From: Amphiscolops sp. MND2022
Lineage: Eukaryota
Reading direction: 5' to 3'
Assembly (NCBI GenBank): GCA_964187785.1
Contig: OZ076409.1
Coordinates: 50,098,001 to 50,162,000 of the forward strand
DNA length: 64,000 nucleotides
Shown: positions 24,582 to 35,372 of the stretch, one piece after another
Position numbering within the stretch: the stretch's first letter is position 1
How the letters are laid out: every line of letters begins with the position of its first letter
Made by a program: the position numbers and the translations under genes
The notes under the pieces: generated by a model
What the model was told of the DNA's origin: nothing
Seen by the model: the letters and a program-made list of their open reading frames with translations, nothing else
Database searches by the model: none

Positions 24582-26481
24582 GTCTCGCTAGAAACTCCTG
24601 AGGCGGGAAATATCGCCAGTTTGGGAAGGAATTGGCTAAGCATGGAAATTCGAATCTGCAATTGACTCTCGAATGAATGTAGAAGCCATATACTCTGTAC
24701 CAGCAGGATACGTTTCGAAAAATGGAAGCTTATCTCTGTTATCGACATATTCAAACTGTGAAAATCAAGGCAATTCAAGTTCTAACTTGAAAGGGGTTAA
24801 CCCTTTCCCATCTTGTGCGCTGAAGTTTTGTACTGTTGCTTTGGTTATAGGATCGATGGTAGCTAAATGTTCATTCCTCCATCTTCGATCATTTTGGAGG
24901 TGCTTCTACGTCGATTGACGCCTTAGGATTTCGCGAGCATCTTTGACAGAAATAGAGACGTTAGAGAACTTGAAAGGGTTCCATCTCCGGTCTACTGGGT
25001 CAGAAACAAAAGTTTTTTTGGTCCACTACAATCCTCGAAAGTAAGCCCGCCTTCCTTATCTTGCATATCCCTGACACTCTCCAACGGATTCTGGTTCCTT
25101 TGTTAGCTGGCGTCTTACGAGTACTTTTTGCACGCGAAGAAGGTTATTCTTCCTTTAAAGCCTCCTCCTTGGCTTAATGCCAATGTTTGCATTCCCCGGC
25201 TGTCTGTGTTATAAGTGGCGGTTGCAGACTCAGGGGCTTCTGCACTGCAACTGGGTTCATTCGGTAGAGGTGGAGGAGCAAAACTTCACTCTTCTGAATG
25301 TTCGTACGAGTATCCGATACTTGCAAAGTCGTCATCACTTCTAAGGGCACCGCTTGTATCGCTGAAATATCCATGAGAAGCATCCTTCAAGGAAGATTCA
25401 CTAGCTGCAACCGTGGGTCTCGGGAAAATTAACTTCTTAGGGTCTGCTTTATGTCGAGGACTGCTCGTGAAGTTCAGTCCGCTGGCTTTTCTTAAAAGGT
25501 TCTCCATCATCTCATAAGACGCTTTAGCCGTCTGGTCAGCCACCACTCTCAAGATGCTGCCAATCTCTGTTTCAATGAGGGCTATAGTCAGGTGGCCTTC
25601 ATAAAGGCACAAAAGTTCTGCCTTTTGGAAGCACTGTTTGATTAATGCACGGCTGCTCAGGGCTAATGGATTAGCTCTCAGAAATGGCCTCCGCTCGATG
25701 AACGAAGATTGATCTCCGCTGGATGATTCACGGAGATATTCGGGCACAGTTTCCAAAAGCAAAGTGTTGACATCTTCAATGGTAGATCCCCGAGGGTTTA
25801 TTGACTCGATATCTGTTTCGAAATCGCCTCCTGAATAACTTGGTGCGGGGATGTACATGAGGTGGATGACGGAATGTGAATCTTTGCTAGGTGAAGAGTA
25901 ACCGGAAGTACATTGAGTCTCTACTGATAATCCTTCAGAACAGAAGAGAGGAACTTGCATCGAATCACGAAGAGTAATGGTGACCTTCTGCTGGTTTTTT
26001 AGATAGTCCTCGTGTAGTTCTATGGTCTAGTAGAGAGGTTAGTGGAAAATCTAGATAAGAGACCTCGGGGACGTCTGGCTTGACTGTTACCTCTTCTGTG
26101 GGTAAATGGCTGTCAACGGGTACAACGGCAAGCTGACACTTTCAGGATCGGAATGAATATTTGCTCGTTGTTCCAAGTGTGCGGCTGAAGTAAGCTCCGC
26201 TGCCTTCTCCAGATCCATTTTTGTCAAAGGCGCGAAGTTGACACAAGGCAGGCATGAAAGTTGTCTCGAGCTGCGGGACTCTTCGTGAGTACTGGTGTCG
26301 GATGACAAAGAATGCATGGCAGTAGCAGAGAGCTCATTTTCTGTAGTAGTGACATCCATGACATTTTCTTCGTGTTGGTTGGTTGGCTATTCGTATTTTC
26401 ACCTGAACGGAAGAAGACAAAAATTGTTTCCTGAAACAAAGTCCATCTTGCTGCAATACGATTTTCGGAAGTAGAATTCAA
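24582..26481 (-). pseudogene. 5' part of the decayed gene interrupted by element A
   Basis: Continuous with 6025 across the TSD; ORFs 26087-26359 and 25286-25960; His-pair segment TFVSDPVDRRWNPFKFSNVSISVKDAREILRR at ~24915-25015. Confidence 0.65.
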
Positions 26482-27035
26482 TCTTGTTGCTTCATGCCTT
26501 AAGTGAATTTTGCCTGATTTTAACCTTGTTCACACCTTGAGTGAATATTGCCTGGTGCAGGAAGTGAAACTATTCGAGCGAACCTTGTTTTCGAGCGATC
26601 AAGTTTTAGTTTGACAACTTGAAAGTGCCGACCTGCTCGGCTTCCATGATGAAGTGGCAGATTTGACTCTCGGGGATGTTTGATTTGTTGACGACTGGAA
26701 ACACCTTAGACATGCACAGATGTCGTGTGGCTGACGGTAACTCGTGGTGGCGGGAACACTCTGGGGAAAATCAAGCTAAGCTGTAGTAAGAAGAACTGCG
26801 TTTATAAACCGTCTGACAATTAAGGTCAGGACTGAAAGTCTCCATTTAATTCAAACGAACGAATAAAAGAACGTGTAGAAGAAAGAAGGTACAAAGTGTG
26901 TCTCTAGCTGCTGTTTGAGCACTGGTTTATATGAATGAATACACAGACTGAAAGTGCCCCTACTTAGACTATGGGGAAGTCGGTCCACCAACACTGTTTC
27001 ACCGTGTAGACCGGAACCTCAATAGTCTAAGTAGG

Positions 27036-28076
27036 TGTCAGAACGAGTCACGTTCGGGTTGTTAACGGTGTTAAGTCCGTTACATTCACTAGTAGATGAT
27101 GAGATCTTCTCAGTTAAGGCCATTACAATACTCGTTAAGTCACTAATTTGTCTATTCATTTCCATGAAACGTTGGTCAACTGAACTCGAATTAGGATTTT
27201 GTTGGCTGTTGATAATATCTCCATTATCAAACTCATTCATCTGGTTCCTCGACAAGACTTCTGGAAAGCTGTTCTCACTTTCGTTATCACTGTTCTGTTC
27301 CATTCTACTGGAACTTGCTGCATAACTGTCTACGTACTGTGATCTCCTATTACCCATGCTTGGTTCTTTAATAAGACTTTTTGAGTTTCTAAGTTTATTG
27401 TTTAAATTGAAGGAGAAGAATTACAAGTTGTATGTTAATGATGTAAGCAACACTACGTTAGCTGAAGGTAAATTGTACTGAAGGTATTTTCACACTTGTT
27501 ACTTTCTGCACAATGCTGGTCACGCGTCAACGTCACATGACTGTTTCGACCAATGATATTGCTCTGTTGATTAGGTGTTAATTGGTGCGTCCTGCTGGTC
27601 GTAACGCAAATGGTCTTTTGTACGAAATATAGCACCAATATGTTACTATGGCTACGTGATTCATCTATCATCTTGTTAAACCGATACAACTTTAAGATGA
27701 TGGCGACATACCATCATTGCACGTAATTCTTCAGGTTACTGGTAAAACTAAATATGGTGAAAGCACTTGTACACTGAGTATAAATATGATGGACGCACTT
27801 GTACGTAAAGTATAATGATTAAATGATTCAAACTTTTGTACGTTAACTACAGGTTGGGAAAAGAATTGTTGATGATGGGATAGGCCCGTCATTGTTCAGC
27901 AGTAATTCATGATTATTCAAGTATCAGGCATTTTGCGTTTAACTGAGTTGTTTAATGTTTAGAATGTTTTTTATCAGTTTCATTGTTGCACTCTTTCTGT
28001 ATTCACCACTGTCTGACTTGATGTAGTGGTATTGGCAGCATTGCTTCTCGATTTAATTCATGCTTCCGGAATGACA
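27036..28076 (-). repeat. Element B 3' LTR (1041 bp)
   Basis: Direct repeat of 41521-42561 with about 20 substitutions by manual comparison. Confidence 0.97.
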
Positions 28077-28088
28077 CTCCCCCTCTTT
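28077..28088 (-). promoter_or_regulatory. Element B polypurine tract
   Basis: Plus-strand CTCCCCCTCTTT (minus AAAGAGGGGGAG) abuts the 3' LTR. Confidence 0.9.
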
Positions 28089-29069
28089 AAAAAGAAAGAA
28101 TCAATTGCAGGGGTTTTCGGGAGGGGCTGGTAGGGGAGTGGTGAGGTCAATGTAACAGCGTCGATTATGCTTCAATTGGTATCTGTTTAACGGCGTGTAG
28201 AAGTTGTTCGGCAGACGTGGTGATATCAACTGCATTGGTGTTGCTCATTCGGTTCAGTGCTGCGGCGACAGTGCTATTCCGTTCTGTAGTGGCAAGCGAG
28301 AGGGAATAATTGTGTTCGTGCACTCGGATATCCGCTTCGGTTGAGAGTAAATAGTCGATTGATGTGGTGATGATGGCCACGTCATCCATTCGTGCGCGTT
28401 GGAAGGAGAGTATTGGTAGGTAATGTAACCGGAAATGAATGAAACGTGGCAGCGTAATCAATCATTCGGGTGCTCAGTGTGGTAGTTCGTGAGTAGTCGC
28501 GGCTTCGTGCACTAAACAAATCTCCTCTTCGTCGCTGCCAAATACGAGGTTGAAGTCACTGACAGTTTAGTTTACTGTTATTGTTAGCGTTGATTGGTTG
28601 AATGTTTGTATATTGCGGTCTACCGGGTGGAAACATTGGCATTGATAAGGTCAAGAAAATTTCATGTAACTATCTGGTATTAGGGTGTTCAGCTCAACTG
28701 TGTGATTTACCATCGGATCGTAATTAATCAGTGCTTTGATTGTGAACTGTAATTGGTATTCATGTAATCGGCTTTTTTCCTCTTGTTTAGGATCATCAGG
28801 GTATTGAGCAGTGAAATGCAATCTTTTGAATCGAACTGTGTTGTTCTTTGAAGGTTGTGGTGTAGTAAATTGGAACTTCGGGCTACTCTGTCTGAGTCCC
28901 TTTGAGTTTGATATTATCTTCGGAATTAAATAACGTGGTTGATCAAGTCACGTCATTCATCGGTGAAGATGTTGAGGTCTGGTAGATCGCATTTTGTATT
29001 GCCACAGATTGAATTCTTTGTATTTTATTTTACTTTGGCGTTTGTATTGTCGTGGAAGTTGTATCTTCA

Positions 29070-32000
29070 ATGGAGTCAGCTGAGGAAGATGTATCCACTG
29101 TCGTGTTGGCTGCTGAAGGTGTTTTGGTCGATTTTGCGAACTTGAGTCATTCATCCGGAGAACAGGGCTTACAGGCGTCAGCTGAGGAGATGTTAGCAGG
29201 AGAGCCGGAATCCGTGTGTTGTCAGTTCGCACAACGTCTAAATGCTACCAACATAGAAACTGCTACCTCCCTGCTGGAAATTGCGCTGTCTCACGAATTT
29301 CGTAAGTGACTTCACTTGTATAATTTTCGTGTGTTGTATCAGCAACGTGTGTGACTCTTCAAGGCAATTGAGTGTAACATGGTTACTGCGCTGGTTTGAA
29401 CGCAGGCCGATGTCGTTAAGGTAAGGACTTCCCGGGAACTATTGCGTTGGGTAGACGGTTTGCCAGTTTGTTCACTTCTTGCGTTTCGTTATTGAGGCTA
29501 GTATTTTCTTTTTTTTCTGTTCCAGAAGAGCTGAATTTGGTTGACATTGTTGGCGTATTGCGCTGTATGCTTCACCCGGATGAGCCGTCATCAGATTCGT
29601 CCTCTGTCGGGACGTTTGAAGCCAGCTTGAGGGCTTACCTCGTCTCCCACAAAAGTAAGTAATCCGTTACCGTAATTTACTTGGTGGTTGCTGTAATAAT
29701 CTATTAATTCCACAAGTGACGTCGTTGGGGGGGGTTTGACTGTAAGGTGGTATTATAGGCTGAGTAGGGTATGCTATTTTGGTGTAGCCTCGTCATTTGG
29801 GTTGATTTGTTTTAGATGTCCCGGTCAGTGGTTGTCTGTCCCTGAGTGACCTCAGAACAGCGCTTGGTCAACTGGAGAAAGAATTGGGTCAGATCGTTAG
29901 GGCTACTGTGGAGTCAACGTTGGGCCGTCTCGGTACCGTCGGGGCTATCGCTGTTGACGACTTTGTTGTGTGTCTCAAGGCGGCACTCTGTGATGTAGTT
30001 GGTACAGCGACTTTGCAACCCTCTACTGTCGTTGAAGATGTGCCTGTGCTGCCAACGTCTGCCAGCCTGGCTCCACTAGTGCCTGGGTCAAGTCTGCCAG
30101 ATGTCTCTGTCTCAAGTCTTCAAGGATCCGTGATGCCTTCTGTTTTTGGTGACGTCCAGTCTTGTGTTCCCTCCAGTCGACGAACAGAGTCTGCTGCTAA
30201 GCCGGGTAAGAACTCATAAGTTCATGTGAGGGGTTTTAGTTTACAAGCTTTCTAAGACTTATGTTCATGTACTAAAATCTTTAGGTAACTACTGCAAAGA
30301 CAAACTCTTTTTTTGAGTTTTGCGGTTGCGTTTTAGTTCGCGCACGGAAAGTTAAAACACTGAAACCCTCGTATTTCGTGTCGGGAGTGGTCGGGACGTT
30401 TGTGGGGTTCCCTCGGCACAAACGTGTTGTGGACGGGTTCGCTAGATGCTTGCTGTGTCGTGTAGATCTCAGCATTGCCGGGCGTGGTCTCACGTCGTTG
30501 TGCGACCATTGGAAGGGGGTCGAACATACGAGGCTTGAGCAAAAGTACCGTATCATGACCCAGAAGCCATTGCTGGACAAACCGTGTCGTGCTGTCAATG
30601 CGGCAGAAGATCGACGTATACGTCGGGAACGCATGTCCGAGCCGCCTGTGTATCTGGAGTCAGACTTAAGTTTGACCGTTGACGAAAGAATCGCCATAGA
30701 GGAAGCCGAGGAAGCTGAGGGACAACGGCCTCAGTTAGCTGCTGGGAGTGTCAACTATCTGTGGTTGGGAAACTTCATCAACAGTTTCGTGAACGTGGTT
30801 TCCTTCGGTGCTGTTTTGCGGCTAGTGGACTCATGGCGGGACTGTATGGCTGCTGAATTGCGTTTTGAGTGCAGAACTTTGAATTATCCGCAATGTCAGG
30901 TATGTATTTCATTCGGTGCGGTATTCTTTTTTTCTCTAAATTTTGTTAGTTAATTGCCTTTTCATCTTAAGCTACCATATAGTAGTTGTTACTACGTAAT
31001 TTTCGGTTTTTTGGGTTTTCCCCTTTTTTTTGTTTCTGGTTCATGATGTTTACGCGTGGTGGTATCGGGTACATGTGTGTTTTGCAGAGCTTGGTGTTGT
31101 ATGGACTATACCCGTACGTTGTGGAACAGCTGGACTCGCTCATAGAGACCAGTACATGTATCGGTGTCAGTGTGTTTCGCTGCGGTTCTCGATGGCGCTG
31201 TGAATGTCATATCGTCAGTGAGCATCGTGTTGTGTCGGTTGTCATCGCTCTAGTCGTTGACAGTGCAGAATGGGAAAAGCAACTGCTAAGGAATGTCGTT
31301 CCCGTTCTCGCATGTTTGAAAGACAGGGATCAGTTGAGCACTGTGGTTGTGGAGGCAGACGTCTTGGTTGGCAAGGCATTGGCCGCTACGATTGCTCCCA
31401 AGACTCCCTTCGTGACTGGAATGGTTACTCAGACAACTGTGTTCAATGAAATTCGCAGGCAGTTTCTAATCGAGTTCTCTGGTCTGGATCCACTCAGTAT
31501 ACTGGAGTATTTTCGCATTCGCCTGATGTCCGTTATCCAGGAACGTTTCTTAGATCGATTGCCGCATTTACGAGAAGTAAGTATTTACTGTGTCTAGGGA
31601 ATGCTTTTGTTTGTAACTCATTCCTTTTTATGTTGTGGTCCTTCCTTTGAGATTGTGTTCTATACTCTTGTCCTGTGCTTTTGGTATGTGAAAGGAGGTG
31701 TACTAGTAATGTGTTTTGTTTTGCGGTATGTACGCTATGGAGGAAATGACGTCGCTCAGTTGGCAAAAGTGTGCACTGAAGTAGTTGAATACTGGAACGA
31801 TCTCGCCTTGTATTTCGGAACGCATCGCCCGAATGTGACTTCAGAGTTGCTGGTGATTACGCATTTGGAGAAACAGGTCTTTGACGATGCGATGGTTCGA
31901 CCGCGGTTTGCTGTACTTCGCGTGGTGTTAGATTTGAGTTAGTATAGGCTATTCATATCCTCCTGAGTCGTATTTGTTTTTTTGTTTTTCTTTGAAATTA

Positions 32001-33444
32001 GGTCTGATAGCTTCGTAACTAGAACTGGTGTTTGACGTTTTGGTTAGTTGGATTGTTCTTTTATAACGGTGATTGATGTCGTTTTTCTTCAGTGGTGAAG
32101 TACTGTACTCGACTTTGTGGGCAAGGACGGGACCGTCGCTTAGTCGTGGAGCGTGAACTTGCGCATTTTATTCGTGGATTATTGCAATTTGTTTGCTCGT
32201 CGTCTGTTATTCCTGCTGCCTACGACGTGACCGCTTTGTTAAAGCCAGTGGACCTCGAATGTGCTGATGTGGATGAGGATCTTTACCGTTTACATTTCGG
32301 GCAGTACTTTCGCTTTGACATCAGTACCCAGCTGCCTAATTTCTATAAATCAGTTCAAAAGTTGTTGGTTGGGCTTTGTACTGGATTGACGCGAATGTGG
32401 CAACGAGTGTGGTCTGAGTTTTTCAGTCTTACTCCTTTTGACCCTGATCTCATACACAGTGGTTCCGACGACCGGCGCACCGACGCTCTTGTGGAGACCT
32501 GTGCTGTTCTGACCGCTCATGGCTTACTTGACTTGGATTACGGAGGAGCAGTACTGCAGGAGTATATGGAAGTAACTCAGTACTTCAAGAGGCGTTGGTC
32601 GGCTTTGGAAGAAGGGGTGCTTGTTGTGGACGATATAATTGCCATGTGGATGTCGTACCCGCATTGGGATCGAAAGCAGCATTTACGGCGGGTATTGGAT
32701 GTAGTATTCGGAATCGTTTTGGTGAGCCCTTACGTTGCTGATTTCGTCGACGATTCTCAGACAGCTCTTGATTCAGATACTTTGGTATCTAGTTTGCATT
32801 TCGTGAGGAGCTGGTTCCGTTAATCATTTGCTGGACGGAAGCGACGGAATCTCCAAGGGTTGCTGCGCGTTACCGACTCAAGCGACATGTTGAAATCGCG
32901 TTTATCAGATGTGGTCCGAGCAAAACCCTGGGACCAGTTGCTCAAAGTCGGATTGGATACAACGTTGGCTAGCTGTGAGTCTGTTTTGACTAGCGATCAA
33001 AACTTAGCTGTTGTTCCTGCGGTGGATGATTAACGTTCAAACTTGTTAGCACAGCTCAGTACGTTAGATAAGGAACCTGCCAGTCTTGCTTGTGGTCCCT
33101 CTAGCTCTAAAGGAACACGTTCTGCTGCTACATCCAAAGCTAAAGTGGCCCGTACGCAGTCGGCGGTGAAGTTACAGACTCCTGTGAGTGCGCCTGTGCG
33201 TCGCTCTAGTTCTAAGGAAGCTTCTTCGCGGGGTCAAGGCTCTTCGACTCGAATTGGTGTCGGACGAAGGACCGGAGGGAAACCACGTGGTGCAAAAACT
33301 TTGATCCTGTCTACTTGTTCTAGCGGCTCTGTGTCGCACGACGTAAAGCAGTCTGTTGGTAAAGGAAAGAGTGCGACTGACAAGAATAAAAAGGCTCGAC
33401 GAGTTGTTCTCGAGTCTTCAGATGGTGCTTCGGATGACTATTAG
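29070..33444 (+). pseudogene. Seven-exon antisense gene inside element B (~1121 aa); BED-like Zn finger, probable inactive hAT-transposase derivative
   Basis: Exons 29070-29301, 29526-29654, 29816-30205, 30337-30899, 31088-31576, 31727-31937, 32093-33444 (3366 nt in total) join in frame with intron phases 1,1,1,0,0,1. Donors GTAAGT, GTAAGT, GTAAGA, GTATGT, GTAAGT, GTTAGT; pyrimidine-rich YAG acceptors, one reading CGG (31724-31726). In-frame TAA at 32821 and 33031. Confidence 0.9.
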
Positions 33445-35372
33445 TCTTGAAACAATTTGTCCGTGAACTTGCTTTATGCGATTTTTTTGTGAACTGTTTG
33501 TTTTACTTTGTTTGACCGCTTTATTTGATAATGATTGTTGTTTACATGAGTGTATTATTTTCCTTGTTTGGATTGCATAGTAAGTTACATGTTGCCTACG
33601 TTATACAAATTTTTTACATGTGAGCTTCGTTAGCTGGTTTCATTTTGTCAGGAAGCTGAGTAGAGTTGTTTTTTGTTCCAGTGAGATTGCATGGTGGTTA
33701 CTTGCGTAGCCACCACTTAAGACAGTGTTTCATTCACGGAGGTTTACCCACAGATCTCAGAAAGTGGTATTGATGCCCTGTGGTTACACCAAGGTGAATG
33801 AACGGAGCTGCACCGCTCCTTTCCAATGATCGAACTAATGTCTTGCATGCTATATATACTCTAAGTGCGTGTGCTTTAATGGGTGTTTAGGAGATTAATT
33901 GTCATTCTAAGGTGTCAATCATTTTTTGTGCTTTTAATGTATTATTTTAATTGTAAAGTTGAGTGTTAGTTCTGACGTCGTCATCGCTGATGTGTGTCAC
34001 GAGACGTCATCACTCGTGACGTGTGTCAAATGTTAACGTCACTTTAATGGAAAATGGGTTTCCCCATGTCCGTTACATTTTTTGGCAAGGGGTGGTGTGA
34101 ACCATCCCTTGTTTAGAATTTCGGTCATGTGGTGGTATTGACTACATGTATTTTGTACCTGTGTTCTTTCTGACGCGGCGCTAGGACTATGAATCATCAG
34201 TAAGAACAAAGGTGTCACGACTTAATTGTCGGGTAATGGTGACGACTGCGTGTAACTGTCCTTCAGGAGGATTTTTTTTCTTTTCAGTTCATTGGGAAGG
34301 TTGTTTGCCGTCGCAAAAACCCATACAAAACTAACACCGAATCCACTTGCTAAAGAGCCAGCTTCATTTGAATGTTTGACCAACCACACAGAAGACGCGC
34401 TTTTGATGACGCACCCACACAGCCGAACCACATCATGGTTATCCAGGGCGGAAGTGTGAATTTAAGTTCTGAAGACGTAACCTAAACGGATCGGCTAATT
34501 CTTTTACGTTCTCGTTTGTGGGCTGTTATGTTTGTAAAAGGGACGTAATTTAGTTGATTCAGAGTCGGTGGTTACGGAATTGCAAAGCAATTCCTTTGAA
34601 GGCGTGTGGTTGGAGATTTTCGTGAATTGCATGAAGTAGTGGTTCACTTGCACGTGTTTTACATGTACTTAGCAATTTCCGGTTAGGTTGATGTGGTGCA
34701 TATGACTGCATTGCTCAGCTGTCTCGGTAGGGAGTAACAATTTACTCCGCCAGTAAACTTGGGTCTGCAGGACAGTGAGTATCAGTCGTCGCTGAATGGT
34801 GTAAAGTAAATTGAGTATTTCAATGGTATGGTTGATACATGTGGTGATATAGACTGCATTCAGTTAATTGCATGTATTTTCTTTTTATTTATATTAAGAA
34901 TGATGTGGTATGCGTGGCAGCGTAAGGTACTTCTTTTCGTTCATTCCGCTGATGGAATAGAGTGAAACGTTAAATAACACGTAGCGACGCGGTGTGTGGA
35001 ACTGCGTTACGGCTGTCTCGTCTGTCGTTCGTTAGCCGGTTAAGGGCGGAAATATGCTTTGACCGGAAATTTTGAAAATTGATGACAGTGATTGTTAGAC
35101 GTTATTTGTGGTATCATTCAGTATCGTTTTTCTTCGTGGCTACTTGATTTAATTTACATGTATGTGTTACGAGATTCTCTCTTTTTTTTGGAGAGAGTGT
35201 AGAACACTCCCATTTAAATTTTGCTTGTGATATCACTTCTCGTGCTGATACGAGGCGAAGCCTACGAGTTGTCAGCAAGAGGGAAAGCAGATGTTATGTT
35301 TGCATGAGTTTTAGTTGGCGGGTCTGTCTTGCATGAATTTTAGCAAAGCCGGTTTGACTCGGAGTTCGTGGA

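Noticed and set aside
28900..33700. Autonomous hAT transposon nested in element B
   Set aside because: No TIRs or 8-bp TSD found by eye and catalytic motifs are not recognisable; not fully excluded without a computed search.
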